NCBI GenBank assembly: GCA_963718895.1 | Contig: CAVRAG010000004.1 | Span: 192,001-256,000, forward strand | Direction: 5' to 3' | Source of the DNA: an uncultured Nitrososphaerota archaeon | GTDB lineage: Archaea; Thermoproteota; Nitrososphaeria; Nitrososphaerales; Gagatemarchaeaceae | Length of the DNA: 64,000 bases | Shown: piece by piece, positions 38,224-48,526 of the stretch | How positions within the stretch are numbered: position 1 is the first letter of the stretch | How the letters are laid out: each line of letters starts with the position of its first letter | Program-made: the position numbers and the translations under genes | The notes under the pieces: model-generated | The model's input: the letters and a program-made list of their open reading frames with translations, nothing else | Told to the model about the DNA's origin: nothing | Databases searched by the model: none

Positions 38224-38688
38224 TCAAGGGTGATAGGTGCAGATCGTCACAGTCCACCCGTCCGAAGGTCGGTCGTTCAGGTCGTCGGAGGTGGCGGTTA
38301 CCACCAGAGTGGTCGTGCCGTTTACGAAGGTGGAGGCCGAGTAAGTGCTCGTGCCTATAGTGGAGTTATGGTACACGGTGGTGTAGGTCACGCTGTAGGA
38401 GGTGACGCTTCCCGACGTTGTGGTCATGGTGGAGGGTGCCACCTCGACCGTGTCAGGAACGAAGTAGCTTGCTGCGGTACATTCTCCTATCAACTCGACG
38501 TTCTCGTAGACCGAGAGCGCAGTCGTGTGATTGACTATGGTCGTGACTGTGATCGTCGATGTCGTGGTGCTCGTGAACCGCTCCGTGCTCGTAGTCGTAC
38601 GCAAGCCCGACTCATACGAGCCGATGGCTGCCGCACCCACGACCAGCGCCATGGCCAGCACAGCGGCTCCGACTCGTCCTCGCCTCAT
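38224..38688 (-). CDS. Exported Thr-rich protein
   Basis: N-terminal TM, Thr-rich body and two Cys. Confidence 0.7.
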   Translation of the reverse strand: MRRGRVGAAVLAMALVVGAAAIGSYESGLRTTTSTERFTSTTTSTITVTTIVNHTTALSVYENVELIGECTAASYFVPDTVEVAPSTMTTTSGSVTSYSVTYTTVYHNSTIGTSTYSASTFVNGTTTLVVTATSDDLNDRPSDGWTVTICTYHP

Positions 38689-39057
38689 CTATCCGTCGGA
38701 CTCCCGAAGCAATCGAAGCAGTGATTCTCCCAGGCTCGTGAGCTGGAACATCCTCACTCGTCCGGAGGCGGAGTCCTCGTGCACCAGACCGCACTTGTTG
38801 AGCAGAACGACATGATAGTCAACGGCGTTCCAGTCGAGGCCGAGCTCCTGGGCGAGCTGGAGCCTGTCCTTCGGGCTCGACAGCGCGTACAGGAGGTTCG
38901 ACCTCGTCCTTGCCCCCTTCATCCGCACGAACAGGTCAAACATTCCCGAATCGAACCCCAAGCTCTGCCAGCGTGACCTCAACGTGCCCCGCCAAATCTG
39001 GATGTTGGGAGACGCGAGCCGTCCACAGGATTCGAGCTCTGGATTCCCCGAAATCAT
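38689..39057 (-). CDS. ArsR-like winged-helix regulator (start uncertain)
   Basis: MKGARTR..LL..L..PKDRLQLAQELGLDW.AVDYHV..L pattern. Confidence 0.75.
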   Translation of the reverse strand: MISGNPELESCGRLASPNIQIWRGTLRSRWQSLGFDSGMFDLFVRMKGARTRSNLLYALSSPKDRLQLAQELGLDWNAVDYHVVLLNKCGLVHEDSASGRVRMFQLTSLGESLLRLLRESDG

Positions 39058-39252
39058 GGGAGAAGGCCCCTGGGCGTGGTTGTGCAGTAGAGAGTTGCTC
39101 CGCTCGGCGATACAGTGACATCGATAGTGGTTGCATCTGCAATAACAGCCGGGTCCCTGTTTTGGGGGTCGCTCGTCAAATCCCACGACCTCCGGCGATG
39201 GAGAAGACTGCTCGCGGTGTCATGAGACAGTCTTCGCGAGGGAGTCGGATAG

Positions 39253-39300
39253 TCCTACGCTTTAGGCAAGGACCTGTCAGCCGTCCTAAAGTTTAGGACG
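39253..39300. promoter_or_regulatory. Two TCCTA-N5-TAGG palindromes
   Basis: TCCTAcgcttTAGGC at 39253 and perfect CGTCCTAAA-g-TTTAGGACG at 39282-39300. Confidence 0.65.
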
Positions 39301-39365
39301 GGGCCGGCATCGAATAAATGGATGTTCGCGGAGCCTATGGTCCATTTCTTCGGAGCGACCTCAGG

Positions 39366-39788
39366 TCAGGCGCCCCTCGTGGCGACATATGTCTTGGCGG
39401 CCTCGTAGGTGGTGACGATAACTGCTCCCGAGTTCACCAGCAGAGCGAAGAAGTAGAGTGACGTGACCGATGCGGGTCGGAATACGGTCAGCAGAATCGC
39501 CAGCGTGCTCAGGAAGAAGGCCATGTAGGCGGTCTGAAGCGGTATGAGCATCCTCCGTATCCGGATCACGTTCTCGAAGATGACCCTGTCGACCACGAAG
39601 CCGCCTTCCCTCTCCTGGACGAGCCCTGCTCGGACGAGCTTCTTGATGTGATACTCGGCCACCGAGGGCGAGCTGAGCTCGAGCCCCCTCTGGATGTCGC
39701 GGATGCTCATCGCAGTCCCGGCCCTGTACATGTAGCGATAGACCCGGAGCGTGGTGCCGGTGACGTAGTCCTTGAAATCCTCGCTCAT
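39366..39788 (-). CDS. Membrane-tethered winged-helix regulator (paralog 2)
   Basis: GTTLRVYRY...SSPSVAEYHIKKL...IPLQTAY plus two TM helices. Confidence 0.85.
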   Translation of the reverse strand: MSEDFKDYVTGTTLRVYRYMYRAGTAMSIRDIQRGLELSSPSVAEYHIKKLVRAGLVQEREGGFVVDRVIFENVIRIRRMLIPLQTAYMAFFLSTLAILLTVFRPASVTSLYFFALLVNSGAVIVTTYEAAKTYVATRGA

Positions 39789-39847
39789 GGCATCCCGCGT
39801 CCACACTGTGCTGCCGGATTGCGGACTTATCCTTATGGAACGGGCCA

Positions 39848-39862
39848 TCCTAAAACGTAGGA
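39848..39862. promoter_or_regulatory. Palindromic operator candidate TCCTA-N5-TAGGA
   Basis: TCCTAaaacgTAGGA abutting TATA-like CTATAT between divergent genes. Confidence 0.65.
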
Positions 39863-39892
39863 CTATATCGAGCGCTCTCGAGGTGTCTCAGG

Positions 39893-40627
39893 ATGTCTCA
39901 GTTCGGGAAGGTCGGCGCCAGTGCGGGGGCTGCGGTCATTGTGGCAGTCCTGCTCGGGCTGGTGGCGAGCGCCAGCTTCCCGTCAGGGGCGCCATCGATG
40001 ACCTCGACGACTACCTCCCCGGCGTCAGCGTCTTCGTCCACCGCTATCACAACCTCCACGGTCACGACCGCTACCGGCGTCTCGTCCAGCGTTTCCAGTG
40101 CAAGCGAACAGAGTTCGACCTCGACAACGCCAGCCACATCCGCCTCCACCTCCAGCTCCATGACGGTGAGTTCCACGAGCATGACAACGAGTTCCACGAG
40201 TACGGCAACGGTCACTACCTCGACCACGACGAACACGGTATCCGCGACAACAACTGCAGCTTGCACAGGGACGAACGCGGCCGATTGCGGCGGTGTTCAG
40301 GTCATCGACGCCTCCCTCGTCGTTGTGAGGTCTCCCAATTCGGCGGTGGGGCCCGGCTCCAATCTCAACGTAACCATCCAGAACACGGGAAATCTGGTCT
40401 CCGTGGCTCTGACCATCACTCTTTCACGCGTTGTAATCCTGAATGCGACGTTCCTTTGGGCGCCGGGGAACCAGATGACGAGCTCGGTGTTCATCCCGTC
40501 GAGCCAACTCGCGGTCACTGCGGGATCCACGTATCAGCTGGAGGCTGATGTCTTCTACGGAACAAACAACCTCCCCAATCACATCTGGGGGGATGCGCTC
40601 GACCTAGTCAATGTAACAGCGACGTAG
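39893..40627 (+). CDS. Exported Ser/Thr-rich protein with C-terminal Ig-like domain
   Basis: N-terminal TM, long S/T stalk and LNVTIQNTG...VTAGSTY pattern. Confidence 0.8.
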   Translation: MSQFGKVGASAGAAVIVAVLLGLVASASFPSGAPSMTSTTTSPASASSSTAITTSTVTTATGVSSSVSSASEQSSTSTTPATSASTSSSMTVSSTSMTTSSTSTATVTTSTTTNTVSATTTAACTGTNAADCGGVQVIDASLVVVRSPNSAVGPGSNLNVTIQNTGNLVSVALTITLSRVVILNATFLWAPGNQMTSSVFIPSSQLAVTAGSTYQLEADVFYGTNNLPNHIWGDALDLVNVTAT

Positions 40628-40719
40628 CGGAGAAAACCACAGTTCCGCTTGACTTTGGCCCTCTCGCACTCCGAAAGTAAGCCGGCTGGGCAGGATGTTC
40701 CCGACGGCGGTCGCCATCG

Positions 40720-40740
40720 CGTTCGGACAAAGGCGTATAT
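40720..40740 (+). promoter_or_regulatory. TTCGGACAAA-TATA promoter motif
   Basis: CGTTCGGACAAAGGCGTATAT, identical to 51016-51036. Confidence 0.8.
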
Positions 40741-40773
40741 GAGAACGCCCCTGCGAATCGTATGTGATGCAAG

Positions 40774-41052
40774 TTGAAGCGAGTAGTGCAGGTGGCGATA
40801 GGCCTAGGTGCGACAGCCTTCGTCTTGGGCCTCTTCCTTTTCCCGGTCGTGCCTGTGACGTTCGAGATAGCTTGCACTAACGACATGACGGGCTGTCCCC
40901 ATCTCCAGAATTTGGGTTCCGCCTCGATTACCTACTCGTTCTTCGGCGTCGGCGCGGTCCAAGTGCAAGATTACTACGGAGGCCACGCGTATTGCCTAAT
41001 GCACGGGAGTCCCAGTACCGTGTGCGGCATACCCCTCATTCTTCAGCGATGA
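40774..41052 (+). CDS. Small membrane protein with variable Cys loop (family member 1)
   Basis: Paralog of the 41062, 51058 and 53369 genes. Confidence 0.8.
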   Translation: MKRVVQVAIGLGATAFVLGLFLFPVVPVTFEIACTNDMTGCPHLQNLGSASITYSFFGVGAVQVQDYYGGHAYCLMHGSPSTVCGIPLILQR

Positions 41053-41061
41053 TGGAGAGCC

Positions 41062-41349
41062 ATGGCCATGAAGCGAACGGCGAAGTTGGCTCTGGGCCTG
41101 GCGGCGGTACTGGTTGTCTTGGGCCTCTTCCTGCTTCCGGTTGTGCCGATTACGGTCTCTTGGGGTTGCGAGGGCACTTTCGCTCCGACTTGTTTCACTT
41201 CTAGTGCTTCGGCCTCGGTGATGTACGCCTACTCTGGTATCGGGGCCGTTCAAGTACCTGTACTGGGTGAGCTAGGCGGACATACGTACTGTCTAATGAA
41301 CGGCAACCCAGGTACGATGTGTGGCTACACTATGCAGCGAATGGGTTAG
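41062..41349 (+). CDS. Small membrane protein with variable Cys loop (family member 2)
   Basis: KR.AKLALGL...LFLLPVVPI; ASVMYAY.G.GAVQ; YCLM.G.PGTMCG. Confidence 0.82.
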   Translation: MAMKRTAKLALGLAAVLVVLGLFLLPVVPITVSWGCEGTFAPTCFTSSASASVMYAYSGIGAVQVPVLGELGGHTYCLMNGNPGTMCGYTMQRMG

Positions 41350-41576
41350 ACTGTCTCTGCCCCGGAAGTGGGTTGTTTGGTTGCCTTTGTCTTAGACCAG
41401 CGCGCTTATCGAGAATTCTTCGAAACTGGCGTGAGAACCATCTTTGCTCAGAGCATAGTAGCAAGCAAGTTGATAGGTCGTGCTAGCGGTCACGTTCGCG
41501 ACCCCTCTCGGCCCGCTCGGTCCGGAAGCAGCGGGACGCGTCGCGAGATAACATGGTCTATAGCCTATTCAAATCT

Positions 41577-42533
41577 TTATTTCGAACCGATTAGCACAAG
41601 GGGAACCTCGGTCGGAATATTAGTTTCTGCTAGTTTCAATGATTGGTCATCAGCCCCCATGATGCCGGAACTGACTGAGGGTGGACTCGGCCCGGTATGG
41701 TCGGTTCCCCCTTCGGATGGCGGACTAGATTCCCACACGTCGAAGAAGAGAATCCTAAACATTGCAACCAGGTTCCTGCTGTTGGTCCATATCGCCGCGG
41801 CATTCTTGGAATGGACCGATATCGATTCTTCTTTTTCAAAACCCAATATCATCTGCGATCCGTCAAAGATGACCATTCTGGCAGGCATCGTTCTCTTTGG
41901 TTGCCGGACTTCCGCATGGAGTCCTTTCAGATGTTTGGCCGTAGAGGGAACAATAGGAAGCAGAAGCTTCACGTCTACCCCTTCGTTCTTCTTATGCTCA
42001 ATACTCTCCAGAAATCCAGAAAGCGACCAGCGTGCTACGGAATGCTCAGTTCCGATAGCCAAAATCTCAGAGCCGGTCCGCTGCATGAGATCGCTATACT
42101 TTGCCAGAATTGCGTGCTCTCCGGTTAGTAGCTGTATTCTGTCACTCTCAATATCCTGCTCGTTGTTCTCCATCCTCAATTGACCGAGGCTAGAGGCAAC
42201 CTTCTCAAGCTGTGAAAGTGCAGCCTTCTGCTTTGTCACATCTTGGTCCAGCTTCTTTCTCTCTGTCTCTAGGAACTTCTCAAACGCCACGGCAGTGAAT
42301 ATCATTGGCCTGGTCATCGTTCCCTCCACCATTTGCCTCGTTTGCAACCTCTTCAGAGCGGCGTAAACATCGAATCTGTGGATCTTTAGGTCTGCAGCCA
42401 GTTGGCTGGCCTTAGAACCTCCGCTGATGAGTAGACTAAGATAGATATCAACGTCATGTCGACTCAGGTGAAATGACCTCAGAAGTCGAGCTGTTTCCTT
42501 GACATTCTTGTCCAGCGGGGCGTGATGGGGCAA
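41577..42533 (-). CDS. TrmB-family transcriptional regulator
   Basis: N-terminal wHTH (IYL.LL..G..KAS.LA..L.I.R.DVY.ALKRL), coiled coil and effector domain (MVIFDG, AIWTN). Confidence 0.87.
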   Translation of the reverse strand: MPHHAPLDKNVKETARLLRSFHLSRHDVDIYLSLLISGGSKASQLAADLKIHRFDVYAALKRLQTRQMVEGTMTRPMIFTAVAFEKFLETERKKLDQDVTKQKAALSQLEKVASSLGQLRMENNEQDIESDRIQLLTGEHAILAKYSDLMQRTGSEILAIGTEHSVARWSLSGFLESIEHKKNEGVDVKLLLPIVPSTAKHLKGLHAEVRQPKRTMPARMVIFDGSQMILGFEKEESISVHSKNAAAIWTNSRNLVAMFRILFFDVWESSPPSEGGTDHTGPSPPSVSSGIMGADDQSLKLAETNIPTEVPLVLIGSK

Positions 42534-42647
42534 TCTATTCCCGACTGACGTATCTCCCAGACATGTAAGTCAATGCGTGAGAATTTTACACATACAATAA
42601 TTCATAAGATAGCTCCATGCAAGTTGCAAGTGACGCTGATTCTGCAA

Positions 42648-44477
42648 ATGAATCGTGAGAGTCCTTCAGATGGCCGTACCGAAGTCCTGACAAATCAGAA
42701 GGAAGCAATTAACAGGGCTCTCGCAATCTTCGCTAGGAGTAGGACCGGGATTGACATCCTGACGGAAGAGTTAACCTCCCCTGAACCAGCTCCGTCGCAA
42801 GAGACAAACAGAGCAGCCGAGGCGTACTTCGACATCAAGAAGAGGGGAGGACGCCTCAGGATCCTGACGAGGATAGACGCGGAGGATGTCGCGTACTGCA
42901 AAGAGCTGATGAAGAGGATAGAGGTTCGTCATCTTGATGATGTAAAGGGGAACTTTGCCGTCAGCGACAGCGAGTACATGTCTTCTCCCGGCAGTGCAGC
43001 CTTCCAGCCCGGAGCCATGGTCATGGTCATCTACAGCAACGCCAAACCCGTGGTCGAGCAGAATAGGGTCGTGTTCGAGTCTCTCTGGAGCAGGGCTGAA
43101 CCGGCGGAAGAGCGAATCAGGGAGATCGAGGAAGGCACCCTTCACCCTAAGATCGAGGTGATACGCGCTCCTCACCAAATCCGAAGGCTGTATCTCGACC
43201 TGATCAAGCAGGCGAAGGCGGAAATCCTGATGATCGTGCCGACCGCCAACGCCTTCCATCGCCAGGCGAGGATAGGGGTGGTCGAGGCTCTGCAGGCAGC
43301 CGCATCTGAACGGGGGGTGAAGGTCAGCATAGTCTCCCCTAACTCTGTTGTTCAGGAGTCACTCGAGACCCTGAGCAAGGCGGTTCAGGCGAAGGTTGGT
43401 GCAAGACTGATCGAACACAGGCGCATTCTGGAAGCCAAGACGCCAATCCCGGTTACCATCCTCATTGTCGACAGGAGAGCCTCTCTCGTCATCGAGCTGA
43501 AGGACGACTCTCAGCGAGACTTTGACAAGGCAAACGATGTTGCCACCTACTCCACCAGGAACTCGACGGTAACGGCGAACGTCAGGTTCTTCGAAAGGAT
43601 GTGGGAGGACGTCGAGCTCAGGGAGAGGGAAGGGGCCGTCCTGGAGAAGGAGAAACGCATCAGGAAGACTGCGGAGCTCCTGCAGGACATACTCTCCCAC
43701 GACATAAGGAACTACAACCAGATATCCAGGACCAGCGCCGAGATGCTTCAGGGCAGCCTCGAAGGGAACGCCAAGGTGCTGAGCGAGGCAACGACGCTCG
43801 TCGACGCAATCATCAAGGAGACGGGTCAGTCGAGCGAGCTCAACCAGAAGGCACAGAGACTGAGAGTGGGCCTGAGCGGTAACCTGAAGGTCCTGAACGA
43901 TGTGAACGGTCTCATAGATGGCATCGTCAAGGCGACCGAAGGCTCGACCAACCTGATCGACAGGGCGAAGAAGCTGGGTCGAGTGATCACGCAGGACGAA
44001 ATCCAACTACGCCCTGTTGACCTCGAAAGCTCGATAAGAAGGTCGATAGCGCTGGTAACAGCATCCCACCCGGACAGGAGGATCAACCCGACCTTCTCGG
44101 TGGAGAAGGGCGCGCAGGTCGTCGCCGATGACATGCTGGAAGAAGTATTCACAAACATACTGTCAAACTCGGTCAACTACACCGAAAAAGACGAGGTGCC
44201 GGTCGAGATCGAGGTGGAGGGAGCGACCCTCGAGGGGAAGCCCGGGACGTACTGGAAGATAATGTTCACCGACCAGGGGAAGGGCATACCGGAGTCGCTA
44301 AAGGAGCAGGTGTTCGCGCGCTACCTGAAGACAGCCAGCGGGACCGGGCTCGGATTGTCCATAGTTTACGCCCTCGCGGTTGAGAGGTATTCCGGTAAAG
44401 TGAAGCTCACGAACAGAGTGGAGGGAGACCACACGAAGGGGACAAGGATAGAACTATGGCTTCCAAGAGTGGCTTGA
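42648..44477 (+). CDS. Soluble sensor histidine kinase with TrmB-like input domains
   Basis: H-box SHDIRN, N-box FTNILSNSV, DQGKGI and GTGLGL motifs; N-terminal VRHLD.VKGNFAVSD and ILIVDR domains. Confidence 0.92.
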   Translation: MNRESPSDGRTEVLTNQKEAINRALAIFARSRTGIDILTEELTSPEPAPSQETNRAAEAYFDIKKRGGRLRILTRIDAEDVAYCKELMKRIEVRHLDDVKGNFAVSDSEYMSSPGSAAFQPGAMVMVIYSNAKPVVEQNRVVFESLWSRAEPAEERIREIEEGTLHPKIEVIRAPHQIRRLYLDLIKQAKAEILMIVPTANAFHRQARIGVVEALQAAASERGVKVSIVSPNSVVQESLETLSKAVQAKVGARLIEHRRILEAKTPIPVTILIVDRRASLVIELKDDSQRDFDKANDVATYSTRNSTVTANVRFFERMWEDVELREREGAVLEKEKRIRKTAELLQDILSHDIRNYNQISRTSAEMLQGSLEGNAKVLSEATTLVDAIIKETGQSSELNQKAQRLRVGLSGNLKVLNDVNGLIDGIVKATEGSTNLIDRAKKLGRVITQDEIQLRPVDLESSIRRSIALVTASHPDRRINPTFSVEKGAQVVADDMLEEVFTNILSNSVNYTEKDEVPVEIEVEGATLEGKPGTYWKIMFTDQGKGIPESLKEQVFARYLKTASGTGLGLSIVYALAVERYSGKVKLTNRVEGDHTKGTRIELWLPRVA

Positions 44478-44965
44478 CCGTCCCGGAGGCCATCCTTCGG
44501 ACTGGCTCAGGCCTCGCTAGGGCATCGGACGAGCATCCCGATCAATCGGATTCAATCGGACAGCACGTGCAGTCTGGAGAAGCAGCCCAAGGAAAGGGAA
44601 AACTGGTCGCCAGAGGAATCGCGATTGCAGAGGATGAATCAAACCTGTCTTCGCTGTTCTCGATGCTGATAAGGAGCCTTGGATATCGCGTGGAGTTCGT
44701 CGCCGATGATGGGAATCAGATGGTCCACGCCGTACTGGAGGAGGGCATCCATCCAGACCTCATACTCATGGACTACCGAATGCCCGTTATGAATGGCCTG
44801 GAGGCAGCAGCGAAGATAAAGGAGGCGAGGCCCTTAATCAAGATAATCATAGTGACCGCCGACGACTCGGTCAGGGGAGAGGTTACCGCCGCAGGGCTGC
44901 TCTTCATACAGAAGCCCTTCTCGATACAGGCGCTCGCCAAGATTCTCGAGGACGTTCTTCACTAA
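44474..44965 (+). CDS. Stand-alone response regulator receiver
   Basis: IAEDE, PDLILMDYRMP.MNG, TAD and KPF motifs. Confidence 0.92.
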   Translation: MTVPEAILRTGSGLARASDEHPDQSDSIGQHVQSGEAAQGKGKLVARGIAIAEDESNLSSLFSMLIRSLGYRVEFVADDGNQMVHAVLEEGIHPDLILMDYRMPVMNGLEAAAKIKEARPLIKIIIVTADDSVRGEVTAAGLLFIQKPFSIQALAKILEDVLH

Positions 44966-45044
44966 TCCGAGGCGCCCGCTGGGGGAAGGCGAACTCGCAT
45001 AGGACCACCGTAGTTCATCACTTGAGCCGTCGAGTCATCTTGCC

Positions 45045-45137
45045 CAGGCCGCGTCACAGGTTCTCAATGAGGCGTTCAACCTCAGCGACGGAGAGGAGAA
45101 GTTCATCATTGACGCCAAGATGGGTCAAGGGGTATCG
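45045..45137 (+). pseudogene. Short fragment resembling a VirB4-like ATPase C-terminus
   Basis: Reads QAASQVLNEAFNLSDGEEKFIIDAKMGQG without a start; family call from memory of the motif. Confidence 0.4.
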
Positions 45138-45160
45138 AACGAAGACCCTTTGCGGCTAGC

Positions 45161-45502
45161 TTGATATCCCCGGGTTCACCCGTGGGGGTGGCTAGCAAGT
45201 TGGTGTTGGACCCACTGGAGGCATTGATCATCGCCGTCCCTGTGGGAGCCGTGGTCATCGTCGCTTTCTTCGACTGGCTCTACCCGAAGCTGCAGCAAAG
45301 GAGGTACTGGAGGTTCATTGAAGCGTGGACGGCCTTCTGGCTGGCCGCGGGAGTCGTGGGTCTGGTCCTCGGCTCGGTCACGATTGGCATCGGCCTGGTC
45401 ACTGCTCTCGAGTACTTCCTCGTGGCGCAGGTCGCTTCTCTGGCTTTGGCCACCGTTGTCTTCAGGTTGCAGACCCGCCGTCCGTCCCCGAAATCTCCTT
45501 AG
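45161..45502 (+). CDS. Small membrane protein
   Basis: Three hydrophobic segments. Confidence 0.6.
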   Translation: MISPGSPVGVASKLVLDPLEALIIAVPVGAVVIVAFFDWLYPKLQQRRYWRFIEAWTAFWLAAGVVGLVLGSVTIGIGLVTALEYFLVAQVASLALATVVFRLQTRRPSPKSP

Positions 45503-45774
45503 TTGGGGCTTCTGCTCCTGCGCTGAAGCAGGAAAGCCCAGAGTCGGACTCTGGGCTGGGAGGGATCCCGACCAAGTCGTGCTGGTCCTGCGTCCATGAA
45601 GTAACCCTCTCCGTCGCCCCCTATCAATTCAGAAAGGTAGTGAGCTGACGAAACATCGCAATCCAGACTTCCAATCTGAGTACGGTGGCCGGACATCACA
45701 CTTTAAGTTCAAATCCCGTGAGTGCAGGGGACGCGTGGAAGCATTCCGCGATGGGGTGCAAGGGCCTGGGGGCT

Positions 45775-45993
45775 CTATGAGCGAGCCTTGCAACTTCTCC
45801 TCGCGAGCACCAGGACAGCTAGGGTCAAAGGCACGAGGACGCCGAATGCGAGAATCTCCGTCCATTCTAAGAGATTGGTCGAGCCTGCCAGGAAGGCCCA
45901 GATGTCAAGCAAAATCAGGGCCACGCCTAAACCCAAAGCGGGCCCACGTAGTCTTTCAGCTCGCCTTTTCCTCCGGATTAGATTAGATACCAT
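45775..45993 (-). CDS. Small two-TM membrane protein
   Basis: Basic N-terminus and two TM segments; last gene of the PadR run. Confidence 0.55.
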   Translation of the reverse strand: MVSNLIRRKRRAERLRGPALGLGVALILLDIWAFLAGSTNLLEWTEILAFGVLVPLTLAVLVLARRSCKARS

Positions 45994-46005
45994 CTTCCCG
46001 CTGAC

Positions 46006-46338
46006 CTAGCGCCCATAATCCTGATAGCGCGCTCTTGGTGATTCGAAGTACTTCTGCTGAAGATTTTCTAGCCTAGAAAGCAGTTCGAGCCCACGATCGT
46101 TCACAGACATCCGGAGCTCGGCTCCATCGCTAAGGACCTGCACGAAGCCCCTTCCGATGAGAGATTGAGTCATCCGTTCAAGCTCACCCTCTTCGGGCAT
46201 CAAGCCTAGTCCGCCGTAGATTTCATCCATCAGCTCCCACTTGCTCATGGGTTGACTTCGCAGGGCCGACAGGATAATCAGTTGCAGGTTGGCTTTCAAC
46301 AGCTTCGAGCGTATCCTGAACTGCATCCAGTTGATCAT
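46006..46338 (-). CDS. PadR-like winged-helix protein
   Basis: L.LIILS.L...PMS..ELM..I pattern; tandem with a clearer PadR. Confidence 0.6.
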   Translation of the reverse strand: MINWMQFRIRSKLLKANLQLIILSALRSQPMSKWELMDEIYGGLGLMPEEGELERMTQSLIGRGFVQVLSDGAELRMSVNDRGLELLSRLENLQQKYFESPRARYQDYGR

Positions 46339-46366
46339 GCTACCACCATCGGATGCCTTCTCTGAA

Positions 46367-46732
46367 TCATCGGACGCGCGCTGTGGGAGAGTGTACCACG
46401 CTGAGGCGTAGCTGCATGAGGCCGAGTTCGTCTCTCCACGCCTTGAGCAAGATACGGCCGAGAGGGGTCAATCGTAGGGAGGTTCTTCGTCCGTTCTTCT
46501 CCTTCGTGATTACGCCGCTTTCTTCCATAGCATCGATAACGGGATATACCTGTCCAGGGCTGAGCAGGACCTCAAAGTCGACACAGAGCGTCGCGATGAT
46601 GTCGTAGCCACACACGTCCCGTCTCTCGACGTTGTCCAGTATCAGGTACTCCAGCATGGAATTGACCAGGCCCCGCCTGTACCGCCTCACCATCGATTCC
46701 ACGCCATCGTTCCTTATCGATTCAGTGAGCAT
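46367..46732 (-). CDS. PadR-family transcriptional regulator
   Basis: GYDII...F.VLLSPG.VYP....ME..G.I...LT..G pattern. Confidence 0.85.
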   Translation of the reverse strand: MLTESIRNDGVESMVRRYRRGLVNSMLEYLILDNVERRDVCGYDIIATLCVDFEVLLSPGQVYPVIDAMEESGVITKEKNGRRTSLRLTPLGRILLKAWRDELGLMQLRLSVVHSPTARVR

Positions 46733-46826
46733 TTGTGATTTCTATGATGGAAACGATAACTGCCGGGTAATAAACATTTCACGAAAATAGGAGCGATTAT
46801 TAGGGTATTCGTTAACGGCATCTCCG

Positions 46827-47919
46827 TTGAGCGCGAGAATTGCTGACTTGATTCAGGCAGTCGACCGCATCGGAGTCAAGAACGTCGCTGCCCTGTCACG
46901 CATGACTGGTATGCCCAAGGAGACCATAAGATACACGCTCAAGAGGAGATTTCCCCAGCTTGACCTGAGGGTCGACACAGTGTTCAACGTTGGCGAGCTG
47001 GGACTGCAGAGATACTCTGCAACCGTCAGGTTCGCCCCTAGCGCGCTGCCACACGCCAACTCAATCCTCGACAAGCTCGCGAGCGTAGCGTTCCTGACCT
47101 ATCGCTCTGGGACGCTCCTCGAACCGTTGCACGTCGCGTTGTTCGCTGTGCCAGTGCTCGTAGAAGACCAGTTCCAGTCATTTATGAGAGACCTCGTGGA
47201 CCAAGGAGTCCTGAGCGCCGTGGAGCTCAAGAGGATGGAATGGGCCAGGAACCCAGAGTTGAAGTGCGGCTACTACGACTTCGATTCCGGGCGCTGGAAT
47301 ATCGACTGGAGGGAGGTCGGGACAAATCTCGAGGCCCCTCCTTCTCCGGCCGTCGTGGACCAGCCGCGCCCGAGACCCGTCATCGACCAGACCGATCTAC
47401 TTCTAATCAAGGAACTCGAGGCAGGCTCGCTGAGGCACCTTACGGAAGATCTCCAAGAAACTCAAGATTAACCCGGTGACGCTCAGGTGGCACTACAGGA
47501 AGCACATCCCCCCGTTCATCTCCCATTACAGGGTGCATTGGATCCCGGCGCGCGGCGGGAACACGGCCAAGGTCGCAGAGGTCTCCTTCGGCTTCAGCCA
47601 ACTGACCAGGTCACAACTCGGGAAGATCAGACTCCTCTTCAACAACTTTCCCTTTGCTTGGTACGAGGCCGGTTCGCACGACGGAAGCTACAGAGCGGAC
47701 CTTGCGATTCCAACAGAGGAACTGATTCTTTCGCTAGAGTTCCTGAACGCCAGATTGGGGGAGATATCTCTCCCGCCGTGGAAGAGTTACCTCCTCGATC
47801 TCCCAACAGGCATGCACTATACCGTGCCCTTTGAGAACTTCAGCGACGAAAGGGGGTGGACGTTCGACCCGGAGACGGCCATGAGCTCGATTCTCTCAGT
47901 CGCGAAAGCGGGAGGGTGA
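46827..47919 (+). CDS. Duplicated Lrp/AsnC-like regulator (frameshift near 47445)
   Basis: Two HTH units (LSRMTGMPKETIRY; DQTDLLLIKELE...ISKKLKINPVTLRWHY) split over two track ORFs. Confidence 0.75.
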
Positions 47920-48332
47920 GGCCTTCAGACTATCAGGTCGGCCCGCCCGGCCCTATCGGATCTCCGCTGAGGACGCCGATGTGGGGTGCCTGCATCCCGT
48001 GAGTCGCGAGCACGATCGCGACCACTCCGAACAGGACGGGAACCCACAGGTAGAGGTTGTTCCGTAGCGATATTCTCATGACCGCGGGGTGCGGCGAGGA
48101 ATATTAGCACACTATTCAGAACAAAGTTACTGAATTCGTAAGGTCTGAGCGGTCGGATTGTGGCTGTCCTAGAGGAATGCGGTGGTCGAAACTCTATGGT
48201 GCTGGTTCAGTTGGTTGAACTTCTCGATACAAACATCCAAGCACAGCTGGTTGGGAATACACCAATTCGGAACCTAAGCTCATCTCCTTTGCAGCCAAGT
48301 CAGTTGTAAGTTCGAAGTCCGAAAGCATGCCT

Positions 48333-48520
48333 TCACGCGTTCGTAATCTGCAGGCTGCCCTGAGCATCATTGGAGTAGAATCTAAGTCCCGTTCCGCTCA
48401 CACCATTTGAAGAAAGCAACCTCTGAGCTTCTTGAACGAGGCGCGAAGGAACGTACAGGTAGAACGGTACTTTCAGCCCAGCGTAGCTCCTCCATTGCTG
48501 GACGTGGTCCTGGGCGCTTT
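48333..48520 (-). pseudogene. C-terminal gene fragment, possibly PD-(D/E)xK-like
   Basis: Start-less frame AQDHVQQWRSYAGLKVPFYLYVPSRLVQEAQRLL..., cut by the oxidoreductase gene end. Confidence 0.35.
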
Positions 48521-48526
48521 AGGTAA

